Shown here piece after piece: positions 25,721-35,037 of a stretch of DNA of 41,383 nucleotides (the stretch's first letter is position 1; every line of letters starts with the position of its first letter). The DNA comes from a virus (lineage: Duplodnaviria; Caudoviricetes). The stretch covers positions 1 to 41,383 of the IMG/VR virus record IMGVR_UViG_3300021560_000858; one strand, written 5' to 3'. Position numbers and translations under genes: made by a program. Under the pieces are notes generated by a model. That model saw only the letters and a program-made list of their open reading frames with translations. It had not been told where the DNA came from and did no database searches.

Positions 25721-28700
25721 GCGTCAGCGCCTCCAGTAGCTGAACGATGCGAGGGTCAAGCGAGCTCCCCTGCTGTTGCAGGATCTGAGCCGCCTCTTGG
25801 GCGGTCATGCCAGCGCCAAACTGCTGGCCTTCCGGCGACAAAGGCAGTCTCCCGCCCTCTGGAGCATCGGCCGCGCTCACACCTCTCGCCGCAGTGGCAA
25901 GTCCCCCCAGCGTCGACTGTCGCACGTAAGTTCCGCTCTTGAGCACACCCGACTGAACCAGATCCTGCATCTGCTGTGCCTCGTCGTCGGGCATAACCGT
26001 GAACGAGGCGAAGGGATTCGAAAACGCCGATACCATCGACCCCAGAAGCGTATTCGAGCCCATCTGCTTGAGGACGTTGTAATACGTCCACAGGTACGGG
26101 TCCTGCTTCCTCAGATCGTCCAGGGATTTCGTCGTCAAGGGCAACCCCTGTCCCGAAAGTCGACTCTGCGCCTGGCGAATATGCTGACCGCCCTCGCCAT
26201 CAATCGAAGCAGCCACCGCATTCTTGGTCTGCTTGCTCAGATCGTACAAGTAGTCGGCGTCAGTCCACGTGCTCGTATGGGCTTCCCAGTATGCGGCCTG
26301 AGCCTGTGGGCTGAACGCGCTAAGCTGAGCATCCCACTCGGCATTGCGCTGGTCGAGCATATTGTAGAAATCGCTCTGGCTGAGGTTGGGATTGTCCAGG
26401 TTGTACTTCTTGTTCAGCTTATCGTACGCCTGCCAGAGCTGACCCTCAGTCGAGCTGTTGCCGAAAGTATCGCTCAAGAGCTGCTGGTACCGCGCCGACT
26501 CGATCTCGTTTTCCCGCACCCAGTCGTACGGGCTCATGCTTCCATTCATGAGCTGCTCTGAGAGTGTCCGTTTCTTGGTCAACACCTGCTGACGCTGTTG
26601 TAGGTACTGAGTCATCTCGGAGTTACTCAACGGGGCATACCCCGCCGGAGCTTCATCGCCCGTATAGTACAGACTCGGCAAGCCCAGGAACTGCCCCTTG
26701 AGCGCACCTGCCACCGGCCCCCAGGGCACCCCTCCAGGGAGCTCCCCACCGCTCTGTAGCTGCTGAAGTTGCGCCAGGCTGCTCGCGTCCCCTGTGATCG
26801 CCAACCTGGTCTCCAGGCGACGCTGATCGTCCATCGCTACCTGAGCCTGGCTTCCAGCCGGCAGAAGGCCCACCAGGGCCTCTGAACGAGGGATTTGAAC
26901 CGCCTGGCCCGACTTGAGCAACCGATAGGGATCAACGCCCAGGCCAAGCCCCACGGCCTCCTGCAAAGGCAGCCCAGCCTTCCCCGCCGCGCGCTGCTGA
27001 AGGCCCGTACCCAAAGCGCCAGCGATGATCCCGATCTTGTGCATGGCGTCAGCTTGCCTGTACCCATCGCCCTGCATCTGGTGCAAGAACCCCCAGTCAT
27101 GCCCGAGCCCGATAACGTTCATCAGATCGGCCATCTGGCTGAAGAAGGGGTCTCCGGACATGTACGCGTGCTTGACTCCCGTCGTCTCAGGGTCACCCTG
27201 TGGAGCATGGCTCAGATCCGTCTGCAAATCCCACTCGTGCCCCTTGCCGTTATCCCACGTATGGTGCCCCGACAGGACGACATTCATCATGTCGTGGGTG
27301 GCCATGCCCGCCGCCATGTACGTCAAGAAGTAACTGCGCATCGAACGAACAAGCTCTTTGCGCTGACGGATGTCCAGACTGTGCATCTTCACTGGATCGA
27401 GCGCGCTCAGCCTGGGATGCCTTGACAACCACTCTGAAATCCTGGCGCTTCCAGGCACGGACTGAGCGGCCATACGATTGAAGCTCGTCCACCAGTTCGG
27501 CGCAAACATCGCCATTTGCCGACCGTACTTCCAGAGCTTGCCCATATAGAGCGGATTGACCATACCCGTCACATTGTTGGCGTGCTCCGCCGCCAGCATC
27601 CCCGCCACCCGATCACTAGCCCATGACCTCGTCGACATGATCTTGTGCTTCTGCACGAGATACGCGGCGGTCCCGACATCATCGATCGTCTTCCAGAACC
27701 AACCTTCAGCCAACTTGGCGTGCAGGTTGGGAATCGCTCCCGCCGCTGACTTCAGCGCTCCGCCAAAGGTCCTCTGCCCCGTCATTTGCTGCTCAAGATG
27801 ATTGAGCTGGTCGTGAACGTTGTGCCTGTTCGCGGGCACCCCGCCATCCATCCAATGATCCAGTTTGGTCTGGTAGTAAGCCTCCGGGTTTGTGAATCGT
27901 TCTTTCAAAACCCTACCCAAGGCAGAAGCCGCCATCGTCGGCTGATCCAACAACAAAGCCATGTACCTGCCCGTCACGTTCTTTCCATGCCAGGCCGGAG
28001 ACCCCATGATCAGTCGCTTGGGAAACCCCACCGTAAGGCCGTATACACCACGCGAGAAACTCGTCTTGAGCTCTGAACTAGATCGAGCTTGCTGTGCAAG
28101 CTCCTTGTATCTAGCCGCCACGTCGGCCCTGGCGAAGATAGGAGACTGGTAGTTGAGCGACCCCGGCCGCCCCATGGACGGCATGACCTGTACGTAACCC
28201 TCCAACATAGCCCCCGGCACGCCTGACGGCAAATCCCCCGGCACCGCGATCGGACGCTTGTCCGCGTCCATGAGGTTGATCTCCTGGACTGAGATCGGAG
28301 CGTGAGCTCCATAGGCCATCTTTATAGTACGATCGTTAACCGTGCGAGCAATCGACTGCCAAGCCTCGCGATAACGCGTCTGGTTCATCTGTCGGAGAAA
28401 CCGACCGAAAGCCACCTGCGGCAATCTGTACCCCGTCAACAACTTCCGACCGCCAGGATGCTTGCCCTGCGCGATCGCGGTCAACGCATCGCGATCCATC
28501 GAGAGCAAAGCGCGAGCGCTCTCGTCACCCACCGACCGGACGAAATCATCCGACACCTGAACCGCCTGACTCTTCCACCTCGCCAGACTAGCCGTCCACT
28601 CGGAATGCTGGTCCTTGAGCCCCTTGAGCTCCCGAGTAGCTGGTCGAAGTTCTCGGATATAACGCTCTCGAAACGCCCGCAACTCCGCCCTCTCGGCGAC

Positions 28701-30752
28701 CTTGCCGCGCTTACCCTTAAGGGCGGCGAGCCCCCTATCGGCGATACTCAGGTAGTGATCCAAGCTCGGTATGCGGCGTTCGAGATCATCAATCCTCTGC
28801 GCCGCCTCTTCCAGCTTCGTCTCGGTCTTTGGGATCAGATCCTTGGTCAACTGCCCGAGAGTCCGACGAGCAGTTTGAAGAGCGTCCCCCACACCAGGCT
28901 GCCGCAACATCTCTCGATGCCCGGCGGCCTGCTTGAATGCCTCTGCCCGTTGATCTTCCCGTTGCTGGAACTGCTCGCGAGTGCGAACCGCCTGGCGCAA
29001 TCGATCCCCCAACGGACGAAGCGACAAGAGCTCGTCGGGATGATGCTCCAGGTCCGTCATCTCGTTGGCGACACCCCAGTCGTCAGCCACCCAGGAACGA
29101 TTGTCGACATTGCCGGGGTTGCGCAGGAATGCGTTCCCTGGACGGCCGTACTCGACATCGTCGCGCTGCACGATACGCGGCACATACCTCGACAAGGGCA
29201 TTTCGATATGGCCGTGCTTATACGCGTAATTGGTCATGATGCCGAACGTCGCGTGCAGCTTCGACGCAAGGTACCTCTCAGACGCTGAGAGCGCGCCCCA
29301 GTAATGCTCGCCGGCATTGGAGTCGCCTTCCATCGCCCTGTATACGGCTTCCATACGATCGTCGGCTATCCCGAGTCGACGACCAGCCGACAAAAGCTCC
29401 GTCCCCAACACGGACTCCGCGTGCTCCAACCCGCCGCCCGCCATTCCCCTGGCCATCGCCTCGGCAAGGTTCTCGGCAAAGTCCGTGTGTACAACCCCAT
29501 CCGATACGCCATCCCAGCCATGACCCTCGCCCGCGCCATGCAGAACCCCCCAGATGGCGCGAAACGAACGATCAACGGCCGCGCGAGCCTGCAAGGGGAT
29601 GGAGTTCAGCTCGTCATACGCCATCCTGGGGAGTGCATCCTCACGAGCCAGGACATAGCCGTACCTGTGAGCAAATTCCTTTTGAGCGGGAATCAAATCG
29701 TTCTGCTCGAAAGCGCTCAACTCTTTCTTGGTGGTGGCCAGCCCCGCGACCTCGTCGGACGTACCACCGGCGGCCTCTTCCACTCGCCTCTGAAGTTGCC
29801 CGTGCAACTGCAACGACTGTCGCAGACGCTCAACTGTATCGTCTCCAATCTCGATCGGAGATCGACCATCAGTCCGAGCCAGTATCTCGGATTCCAATTC
29901 ACCAAGAGTCTGAGGCACCAACTCGTACTGCTCTACACCCTTGGTCGGGTCCACCAGCTCACGCACATCACCCACTCTCTCCCCGGCCTGAGACGCCAGC
30001 TTGGAGATACTCAACACTTCGTCAGCCGCACCCGCCACCGTATGCTGCGTCTGCAACGCCTTGGTCCCATCCTCCAGGATCGCCCGAGTCGCTCCCAAAC
30101 CCCTGAACGCCTTGATGGGACTCCCAATGGTCAATCCGGCGGTCCCCAGATTGATCAACGCCTGAGTGACCGTACTATCGTTCGGGTTCTGCCACGCCTC
30201 CGCGAGCGAGCTCACGGTACGCGGCAAGATCGTCGGCGCTGACATCAAAGCGAACCCCGCCCACACCGGCAAAGCGAGCTCGGGCACGAATACCGTGGCC
30301 GCCCCCGCCGCCAACCCCACCGCCGTCTCCGCCGCCGCAGCGCCCGGGTTCGTCTGCCAGAGGTGCAAGTATCCGCCAAGCGTGTTGTCCCAAATGCCTC
30401 GCAACACCCCGCCGGCATCCGACGAATACTTGATCTGCTGCGCCTGACCACCAGACGCGCCATTCACCAACGGAGAATCTGGATGAGGAGTCGGCACCTG
30501 TACGGACCCCATGAGCTGCCCGATCTGCTGAAGCACTTCGGGGCTCGGAGACGCCGTCGGCTGATAGCTCGGAGTCGACGTCAATGGCGCCTGGTACTGA
30601 TTATGGATCTGAGCGAAGTTGTTCAACGCTTGCGCGGTTGCCGTAGCCACCGGATTCTGGCCAGCGAGCTGTTGCTGCCCGGCAAGTACCTGCTGCCCGG
30701 CCTGCGGTTGCTGCCCCGCCGGCTGGTCCATCTGGATCATCAGTCGAGCCAA
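25701..30752 (-). CDS. Large internal virion / DNA-ejection protein (1683 aa)
   Basis: Very large and helical, with a hydrophobic segment near the N-terminus; typical of podovirus ejectosome proteins. Confidence 0.6.
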   Translation of the reverse strand: MARLMIQMDQPAGQQPQAGQQVLAGQQQLAGQNPVATATAQALNNFAQIHNQYQAPLTSTPSYQPTASPSPEVLQQIGQLMGSVQVPTPHPDSPLVNGASGGQAQQIKYSSDAGGVLRGIWDNTLGGYLHLWQTNPGAAAAETAVGLAAGAATVFVPELALPVWAGFALMSAPTILPRTVSSLAEAWQNPNDSTVTQALINLGTAGLTIGSPIKAFRGLGATRAILEDGTKALQTQHTVAGAADEVLSISKLASQAGERVGDVRELVDPTKGVEQYELVPQTLGELESEILARTDGRSPIEIGDDTVERLRQSLQLHGQLQRRVEEAAGGTSDEVAGLATTKKELSAFEQNDLIPAQKEFAHRYGYVLAREDALPRMAYDELNSIPLQARAAVDRSFRAIWGVLHGAGEGHGWDGVSDGVVHTDFAENLAEAMARGMAGGGLEHAESVLGTELLSAGRRLGIADDRMEAVYRAMEGDSNAGEHYWGALSASERYLASKLHATFGIMTNYAYKHGHIEMPLSRYVPRIVQRDDVEYGRPGNAFLRNPGNVDNRSWVADDWGVANEMTDLEHHPDELLSLRPLGDRLRQAVRTREQFQQREDQRAEAFKQAAGHREMLRQPGVGDALQTARRTLGQLTKDLIPKTETKLEEAAQRIDDLERRIPSLDHYLSIADRGLAALKGKRGKVAERAELRAFRERYIRELRPATRELKGLKDQHSEWTASLARWKSQAVQVSDDFVRSVGDESARALLSMDRDALTAIAQGKHPGGRKLLTGYRLPQVAFGRFLRQMNQTRYREAWQSIARTVNDRTIKMAYGAHAPISVQEINLMDADKRPIAVPGDLPSGVPGAMLEGYVQVMPSMGRPGSLNYQSPIFARADVAARYKELAQQARSSSELKTSFSRGVYGLTVGFPKRLIMGSPAWHGKNVTGRYMALLLDQPTMAASALGRVLKERFTNPEAYYQTKLDHWMDGGVPANRHNVHDQLNHLEQQMTGQRTFGGALKSAAGAIPNLHAKLAEGWFWKTIDDVGTAAYLVQKHKIMSTRSWASDRVAGMLAAEHANNVTGMVNPLYMGKLWKYGRQMAMFAPNWWTSFNRMAAQSVPGSARISEWLSRHPRLSALDPVKMHSLDIRQRKELVRSMRSYFLTYMAAGMATHDMMNVVLSGHHTWDNGKGHEWDLQTDLSHAPQGDPETTGVKHAYMSGDPFFSQMADLMNVIGLGHDWGFLHQMQGDGYRQADAMHKIGIIAGALGTGLQQRAAGKAGLPLQEAVGLGLGVDPYRLLKSGQAVQIPRSEALVGLLPAGSQAQVAMDDQRRLETRLAITGDASSLAQLQQLQSGGELPGGVPWGPVAGALKGQFLGLPSLYYTGDEAPAGYAPLSNSEMTQYLQQRQQVLTKKRTLSEQLMNGSMSPYDWVRENEIESARYQQLLSDTFGNSSTEGQLWQAYDKLNKKYNLDNPNLSQSDFYNMLDQRNAEWDAQLSAFSPQAQAAYWEAHTSTWTDADYLYDLSKQTKNAVAASIDGEGGQHIRQAQSRLSGQGLPLTTKSLDDLRKQDPYLWTYYNVLKQMGSNTLLGSMVSAFSNPFASFTVMPDDEAQQMQDLVQSGVLKSGTYVRQSTLGGLATAARGVSAADAPEGGRLPLSPEGQQFGAGMTAQEAAQILQQQGSSLDPRIVQLLEALTHGQPVG

Positions 30753-31102
30753 TCCACGGGCTGTCGCCCTGGAGCCAGATCCGAGAAGTACCCGTTATGC
30801 AACGCCCAGAGTCCAAACGGCAGATCCCTGCCCAGAGACTTGATGTTCTCGTGCATCAATCCGTAGACGAGATGGGCCTGACTCGGGTCTTCTTGCCTCT
30901 GCGGTGTGCCCATCCCCAATGCGCCGGAGCGTCCTTCAGACGCACTTCGTGACCGTCCGGACTGAGCCCGCTGAGCACGATCACGCCGGCTACCACCTGC
31001 ATGAGGCTGCGCAACCTGCAAAGCCGCGTGCTCGCCGAGCTGCCCGGGACCCGGTCGGAATCGCGGGGACGGCCGCACCCGATCACCACTGAACTCACTC
31101 AT
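30740..31102 (-). CDS. Hypothetical protein(s) between the portal and ejection genes; frame uncertain (alternative 30856-31098)
   Basis: Two overlapping frames both couple to the portal stop. Confidence 0.35.
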   Translation of the reverse strand: MSEFSGDRVRPSPRFRPGPGQLGEHAALQVAQPHAGGSRRDRAQRAQSGRSRSASEGRSGALGMGTPQRQEDPSQAHLVYGLMHENIKSLGRDLPFGLWALHNGYFSDLAPGRQPVDWLD

Positions 31103-32948
31103 CGTTCAGCATGACGCGAGGTTCACTCTCGTCCACGCCTACTCGAACAATCGTCTTGTGCGGCGCCAGGGTCGACTGCACGATGGCCTGGTCACGATCG
31201 TCCGTCACCGCCGTCGTAGGCGCCATCGACATACCCACCACAGCCATCTCACCAGTGGCGTACACATCCCCCCGAAGCTGGTCACGGATCAACCGGATAG
31301 ACAGTTTCAGGTCCGAAAGAGTGTTCATGCCCCCGAGAGACGACAGCCCGGGCTGCGGTGGATACTGCTTGACTTGCGGAGGAGCCGGAGTGGGGCCGGC
31401 GGGGGTCCCCCCGCCAACTGGTCCCTGTCGCCCACTTGGCTGTTCCGCCGGCCCTCCAGATGATTGTAGGGCCTGCTGCGCCTGCGCCTGCGCCTGCGCA
31501 CTGAGCAACGCCTGATCCATCTGATATCGATCGATCTCAGACTCCATATCGGACACGTCACGATCGGGATAGGCGAGCGCTATGGCGGTACGCCTGCCGT
31601 GCACGCGGCCCAACCCCTGCATCGCCCAATTCCCTCGATCGGTAGCCGTCAACCCCTCGAAGCTACCGTAACTGGCCTCGCAATAGGTCCAATCACCCAC
31701 CTCCGCTCCCTTATGCGTCACCTCTTGCCCCGACACCCGCAATTTCATCTCATGCGAAGCCAACTTCGCCATGACCACCTTGAGGATGCCCTCCCCCAGC
31801 CAGGCGTAAGCCGCTTCCAGGTTCGTCCTCTTGGACTCCGCCCTCGCCTCGATCGCCTCGACCTGATGCCTCACTGCCGTACCCGTCACGATCGAGTTCT
31901 CGGCCAACCCCTCCATTGAGATAGGAGAGATGCCGGCCATGCTCTGCGCGTTCTGCTGGACATATTGCATCAGGCTGGTGATCATGCCCGGCGGGACGGC
32001 TGTCGGGAATTCGTCCACACGGACATTGGGATTCGGGAATCCGATCGCCTTGCCGGGCACCGGAGTGATCGTCCCTTTGTGCCCGACCGCGTAGTACGCC
32101 TTGTCGATGTTCCGCCGGAGCGCGTCCAATGCCAGGATGAAGAGCTCATTCATCGTGCCCTGAAGCTTCGGGGTCTCGGCCACATCCGCCTGCGCGAACA
32201 TACCAGGCACCTGATTGAAGCACCAATACCAGGGAGTAAACCCCAGCTTGTGCCTCAACGTCCAGGCGTTCGCCACCACGTCCTCGACTTGCACCAGGCG
32301 GTACTCGTCATCCCAGTACTCACACACCCGCACGACAGACTTGTTTACCGGGATGTCCACCTGGAACTGCTTCTCAGCCCAACCCTTGCGAGTCTCGTAA
32401 CTGATCAGCAAGTCTTTCAGGATGCCAGGGTCCTGATCGTCCAGGGCCGGGAAACAATACAACGGCTTCTGTCCTCTAACCCATAGCCGTCGCCGAGCCG
32501 ATGAAGACGTGTCGTAGACCAGGCCGTAGACCGCGTCACCATACACCGCGAGATGATTGGCCTGCCTGGTCTGCACGAGCTTAATCTTGCTGTCTCTGAA
32601 AACGCGCTGGATCAAGGCCGTGTTGCGCTGCGCCACCTCTTCCGACTCCATGCCGCCAGGCTCGTTCCAGGTCCGAGGAGGGCGAGCCGCCTGCGCGGTG
32701 TGATGCATGCCGATCTGCTTGGTCATGTTGATCGGCTCCCGGCCCCGCGTATCCCCCACCTGCCCATCGAGCATGATCGGCCGCCAGGTGACGTTCTGTC
32801 GATCGCCATCAGACGTCCGACTGAGGTACGCGTTCTCATGGACTCGATACGCTTCGTCGCGCATCTTCACGTCGAGCTGAGTGCTCCGCTCTTCCCAGAG
32901 CTTCTTCAGCGCTCCAGCGTGGTTCAGGTATTCCGCAAGGAAGGCCAT
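31095..32948 (-). CDS. Portal protein
   Basis: 617 aa directly after TerL; INMTKQIGMHHTA, YGDAVY, SMAGIS, VTGTAV patterns; Q/P-rich tail. Confidence 0.75.
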   Translation of the reverse strand: MAFLAEYLNHAGALKKLWEERSTQLDVKMRDEAYRVHENAYLSRTSDGDRQNVTWRPIMLDGQVGDTRGREPINMTKQIGMHHTAQAARPPRTWNEPGGMESEEVAQRNTALIQRVFRDSKIKLVQTRQANHLAVYGDAVYGLVYDTSSSARRRLWVRGQKPLYCFPALDDQDPGILKDLLISYETRKGWAEKQFQVDIPVNKSVVRVCEYWDDEYRLVQVEDVVANAWTLRHKLGFTPWYWCFNQVPGMFAQADVAETPKLQGTMNELFILALDALRRNIDKAYYAVGHKGTITPVPGKAIGFPNPNVRVDEFPTAVPPGMITSLMQYVQQNAQSMAGISPISMEGLAENSIVTGTAVRHQVEAIEARAESKRTNLEAAYAWLGEGILKVVMAKLASHEMKLRVSGQEVTHKGAEVGDWTYCEASYGSFEGLTATDRGNWAMQGLGRVHGRRTAIALAYPDRDVSDMESEIDRYQMDQALLSAQAQAQAQQALQSSGGPAEQPSGRQGPVGGGTPAGPTPAPPQVKQYPPQPGLSSLGGMNTLSDLKLSIRLIRDQLRGDVYATGEMAVVGMSMAPTTAVTDDRDQAIVQSTLAPHKTIVRVGVDESEPRVMLNDE

Positions 32949-34690
32949 CTACGGTTCCAGGACTCCTCTGACGCCGTCGCAGGCTTCTGCGTCGCCGTCG
33001 GGGCGACGTCCCGCAATGGACCTCGATAGTCTATCACGAAATCGTAGACCCCCACTTCGCCGGGCTTGGGTTGTTGCTCCGACACCCCGGACCCACGAGA
33101 CTGCCTGTCGAAGTACCAGGCGAACCACAACGCCGGAATGCCGTGAGGGTGCGCGGTCGGCCCCCATCTGCGGATCTCTTCCGTCACCCGAAATAGATAC
33201 TCCTGGCAATAATCCTCCGGCGTCCACGGCAAGTGCCACATGTTCGGACGAAGCATCTCCCGCATCATCGCCGGAATGCCGCTATGTCGAGTGTTCTTGT
33301 TATAACCGTGAGTGGTGTGTGGAATGATCATGGCCGCCGGGTCCTTCAACCGCAAGAGATCGATGAACGCGTCCTGCTGCCCGTCTCTCTCGACGACCAC
33401 CATCACCGACGGGAACAGGTACTGCCACTCTACAACCTGATCCGCTTGCTCGTCGGCCGTCGCGCTGTCGATTCGCAAGCGAATCAACCAACGCGTCACC
33501 GGCAGCATCGCTATCAGGCAAAGAGCGAAGGTCCCCACCGTGGCCGGGTCCCAACCTATGTACAAGCTCAGCTCCTCTTCCACCATGCGCTGCGCGGCTC
33601 GCTGAAGCTGACCACTATCTCCATACTCGAACCCCACCTGACGCTGACCATCCTCTATCAGACGACCGTACACGTACTCCTTCAAGTCGTTCTCGTTAGC
33701 CAACAACGGGAACCTGCCATCGAGGATGTTCGACAGAGCCAACTTGGTATCGAATCTGCCCTCGCCCGGAACCTTGAGCTCCCAGGCGATGTCGTAAGCC
33801 GTCGGGTCCATGATCCCCTGCTGCATAGCGCGCTTCACATCAGTGGCGGGAAACAAGAGCTGATCCTTGTAAGGGCCAGACTGGATCACCCGGGGCCGGC
33901 GAATCGTTTTGAACCGCAAACCCACCGATGTCAAGTCAGTGTCGACCACGTACATGACCGAATTGGCGCCCTGCGGAGTCCCGAAGATCGCCCACAATGC
34001 CACCGTGCCCGGCTTCTCGCGTTGCAGGTTGCGGACGCTGTTGGAGACCTGCTTCTTGAGAGTGTCGGACTTGGCTTCTGATTTGAGTACATTCTCGTCT
34101 TCCAGGTCGTCCAACTTGGCCCGACCCCGCATGCCCTGTACCGCCCGCTCCGCGATGCCAGCCGGATAGACGCTGCGATTGCGCTCGCCGAGCTGGCGCA
34201 GCCGGCAACCCTCGATGAAGAACCCCGACTTGACCTGCGGCATCCCGGTCTTGAGGTCCCAGCGACAGAGCGGCATCGCGTAAGGGAAATACTCGGCCGC
34301 TCTCTGCAACTTGAACGCGCATGCCTGGGCCGACGCGACCGCCGTCTCCTTGGCTCCCTTGATGACGATGTTGAGGGTCTCCTCAGGCCAGAGCAAGCAA
34401 CTGATCACAGTGTCGGCGTCGACGAGGGTCGACTTGCCATGATCGGTGGGGTAGGCGACACTGAAGACTCCGCCTCTGAGCAACTCCATCAAGTCATCGA
34501 GCAGGTAGGGGATCGTGCTGCCGCCTTTCTCCGGACCGGCCTCAGGATCGAACTCCCAGAGCCAGTACAGGAGCTGGCTCACGTTCGACCGGGTCAGGAC
34601 GGGCGTCGTGTGACCGCCAGGACTCAGGCCACACTCGAAGCTGAGCAAACGCGGCTCAGGACGATCCACCCAGACCTCGATCGTGGTCAT
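32924..34690 (-). CDS. terL: Terminase large subunit
   Basis: Walker A YPTDHGKST, GMRG, Walker B AKLDDLED, coupling motif IFGTP, RNase H-like IGWDPA and VVVE. Confidence 0.85.
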   Translation of the reverse strand: MTTIEVWVDRPEPRLLSFECGLSPGGHTTPVLTRSNVSQLLYWLWEFDPEAGPEKGGSTIPYLLDDLMELLRGGVFSVAYPTDHGKSTLVDADTVISCLLWPEETLNIVIKGAKETAVASAQACAFKLQRAAEYFPYAMPLCRWDLKTGMPQVKSGFFIEGCRLRQLGERNRSVYPAGIAERAVQGMRGRAKLDDLEDENVLKSEAKSDTLKKQVSNSVRNLQREKPGTVALWAIFGTPQGANSVMYVVDTDLTSVGLRFKTIRRPRVIQSGPYKDQLLFPATDVKRAMQQGIMDPTAYDIAWELKVPGEGRFDTKLALSNILDGRFPLLANENDLKEYVYGRLIEDGQRQVGFEYGDSGQLQRAAQRMVEEELSLYIGWDPATVGTFALCLIAMLPVTRWLIRLRIDSATADEQADQVVEWQYLFPSVMVVVERDGQQDAFIDLLRLKDPAAMIIPHTTHGYNKNTRHSGIPAMMREMLRPNMWHLPWTPEDYCQEYLFRVTEEIRRWGPTAHPHGIPALWFAWYFDRQSRGSGVSEQQPKPGEVGVYDFVIDYRGPLRDVAPTATQKPATASEESWNRRWPSLRNT

Positions 34691-35037
34691 GGGTGCCAGG
34701 CCCTAGCGCAACCGTCATCCGGCTCGTACATGCGGTAATGGATCACGCCCCGCTCCTGGAGCGTGTAGGCCAACACCGCCTCCGCTCCGTAGGCCCACGC
34801 CAGCTCGCACAAAACCTCGATCTCACGCCTGGAGATGCTACCCCGGAGCTTGCACTGGATCAACAGGTCCTGACCGTTGTGACCGGGCTCCGGCCGCAGC
34901 CCCTCACGTCGCCGCAGGGCCACCAGGTCGTACGGAGACTTGCTGGCCGGGCTGCGCGTGACCAACCAGCCCTCCGCCTCCAGCTCCGACTGGACCCGGC
35001 GCTCGAACGCCGCGCCGCGCTGATAGGGAGTGCTCAT
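34687..35037 (-). CDS. Hjc-type Holliday junction resolvase (PD-(D/E)XK)
   Basis: YQRGAAFERRV...GWLVTRSPASKSPYDLVAL...LIQCK. Confidence 0.85.
   Translation of the reverse strand: MSTPYQRGAAFERRVQSELEAEGWLVTRSPASKSPYDLVALRRREGLRPEPGHNGQDLLIQCKLRGSISRREIEVLCELAWAYGAEAVLAYTLQERGVIHYRMYEPDDGCARAWHP

Noticed and set aside
25701-30752. Tape measure protein or virion RNA polymerase
   Set aside because: No tail tube or chaperone genes are adjacent and no polymerase catalytic motifs were recognised. An ejection protein is the better fit but is unconfirmed.
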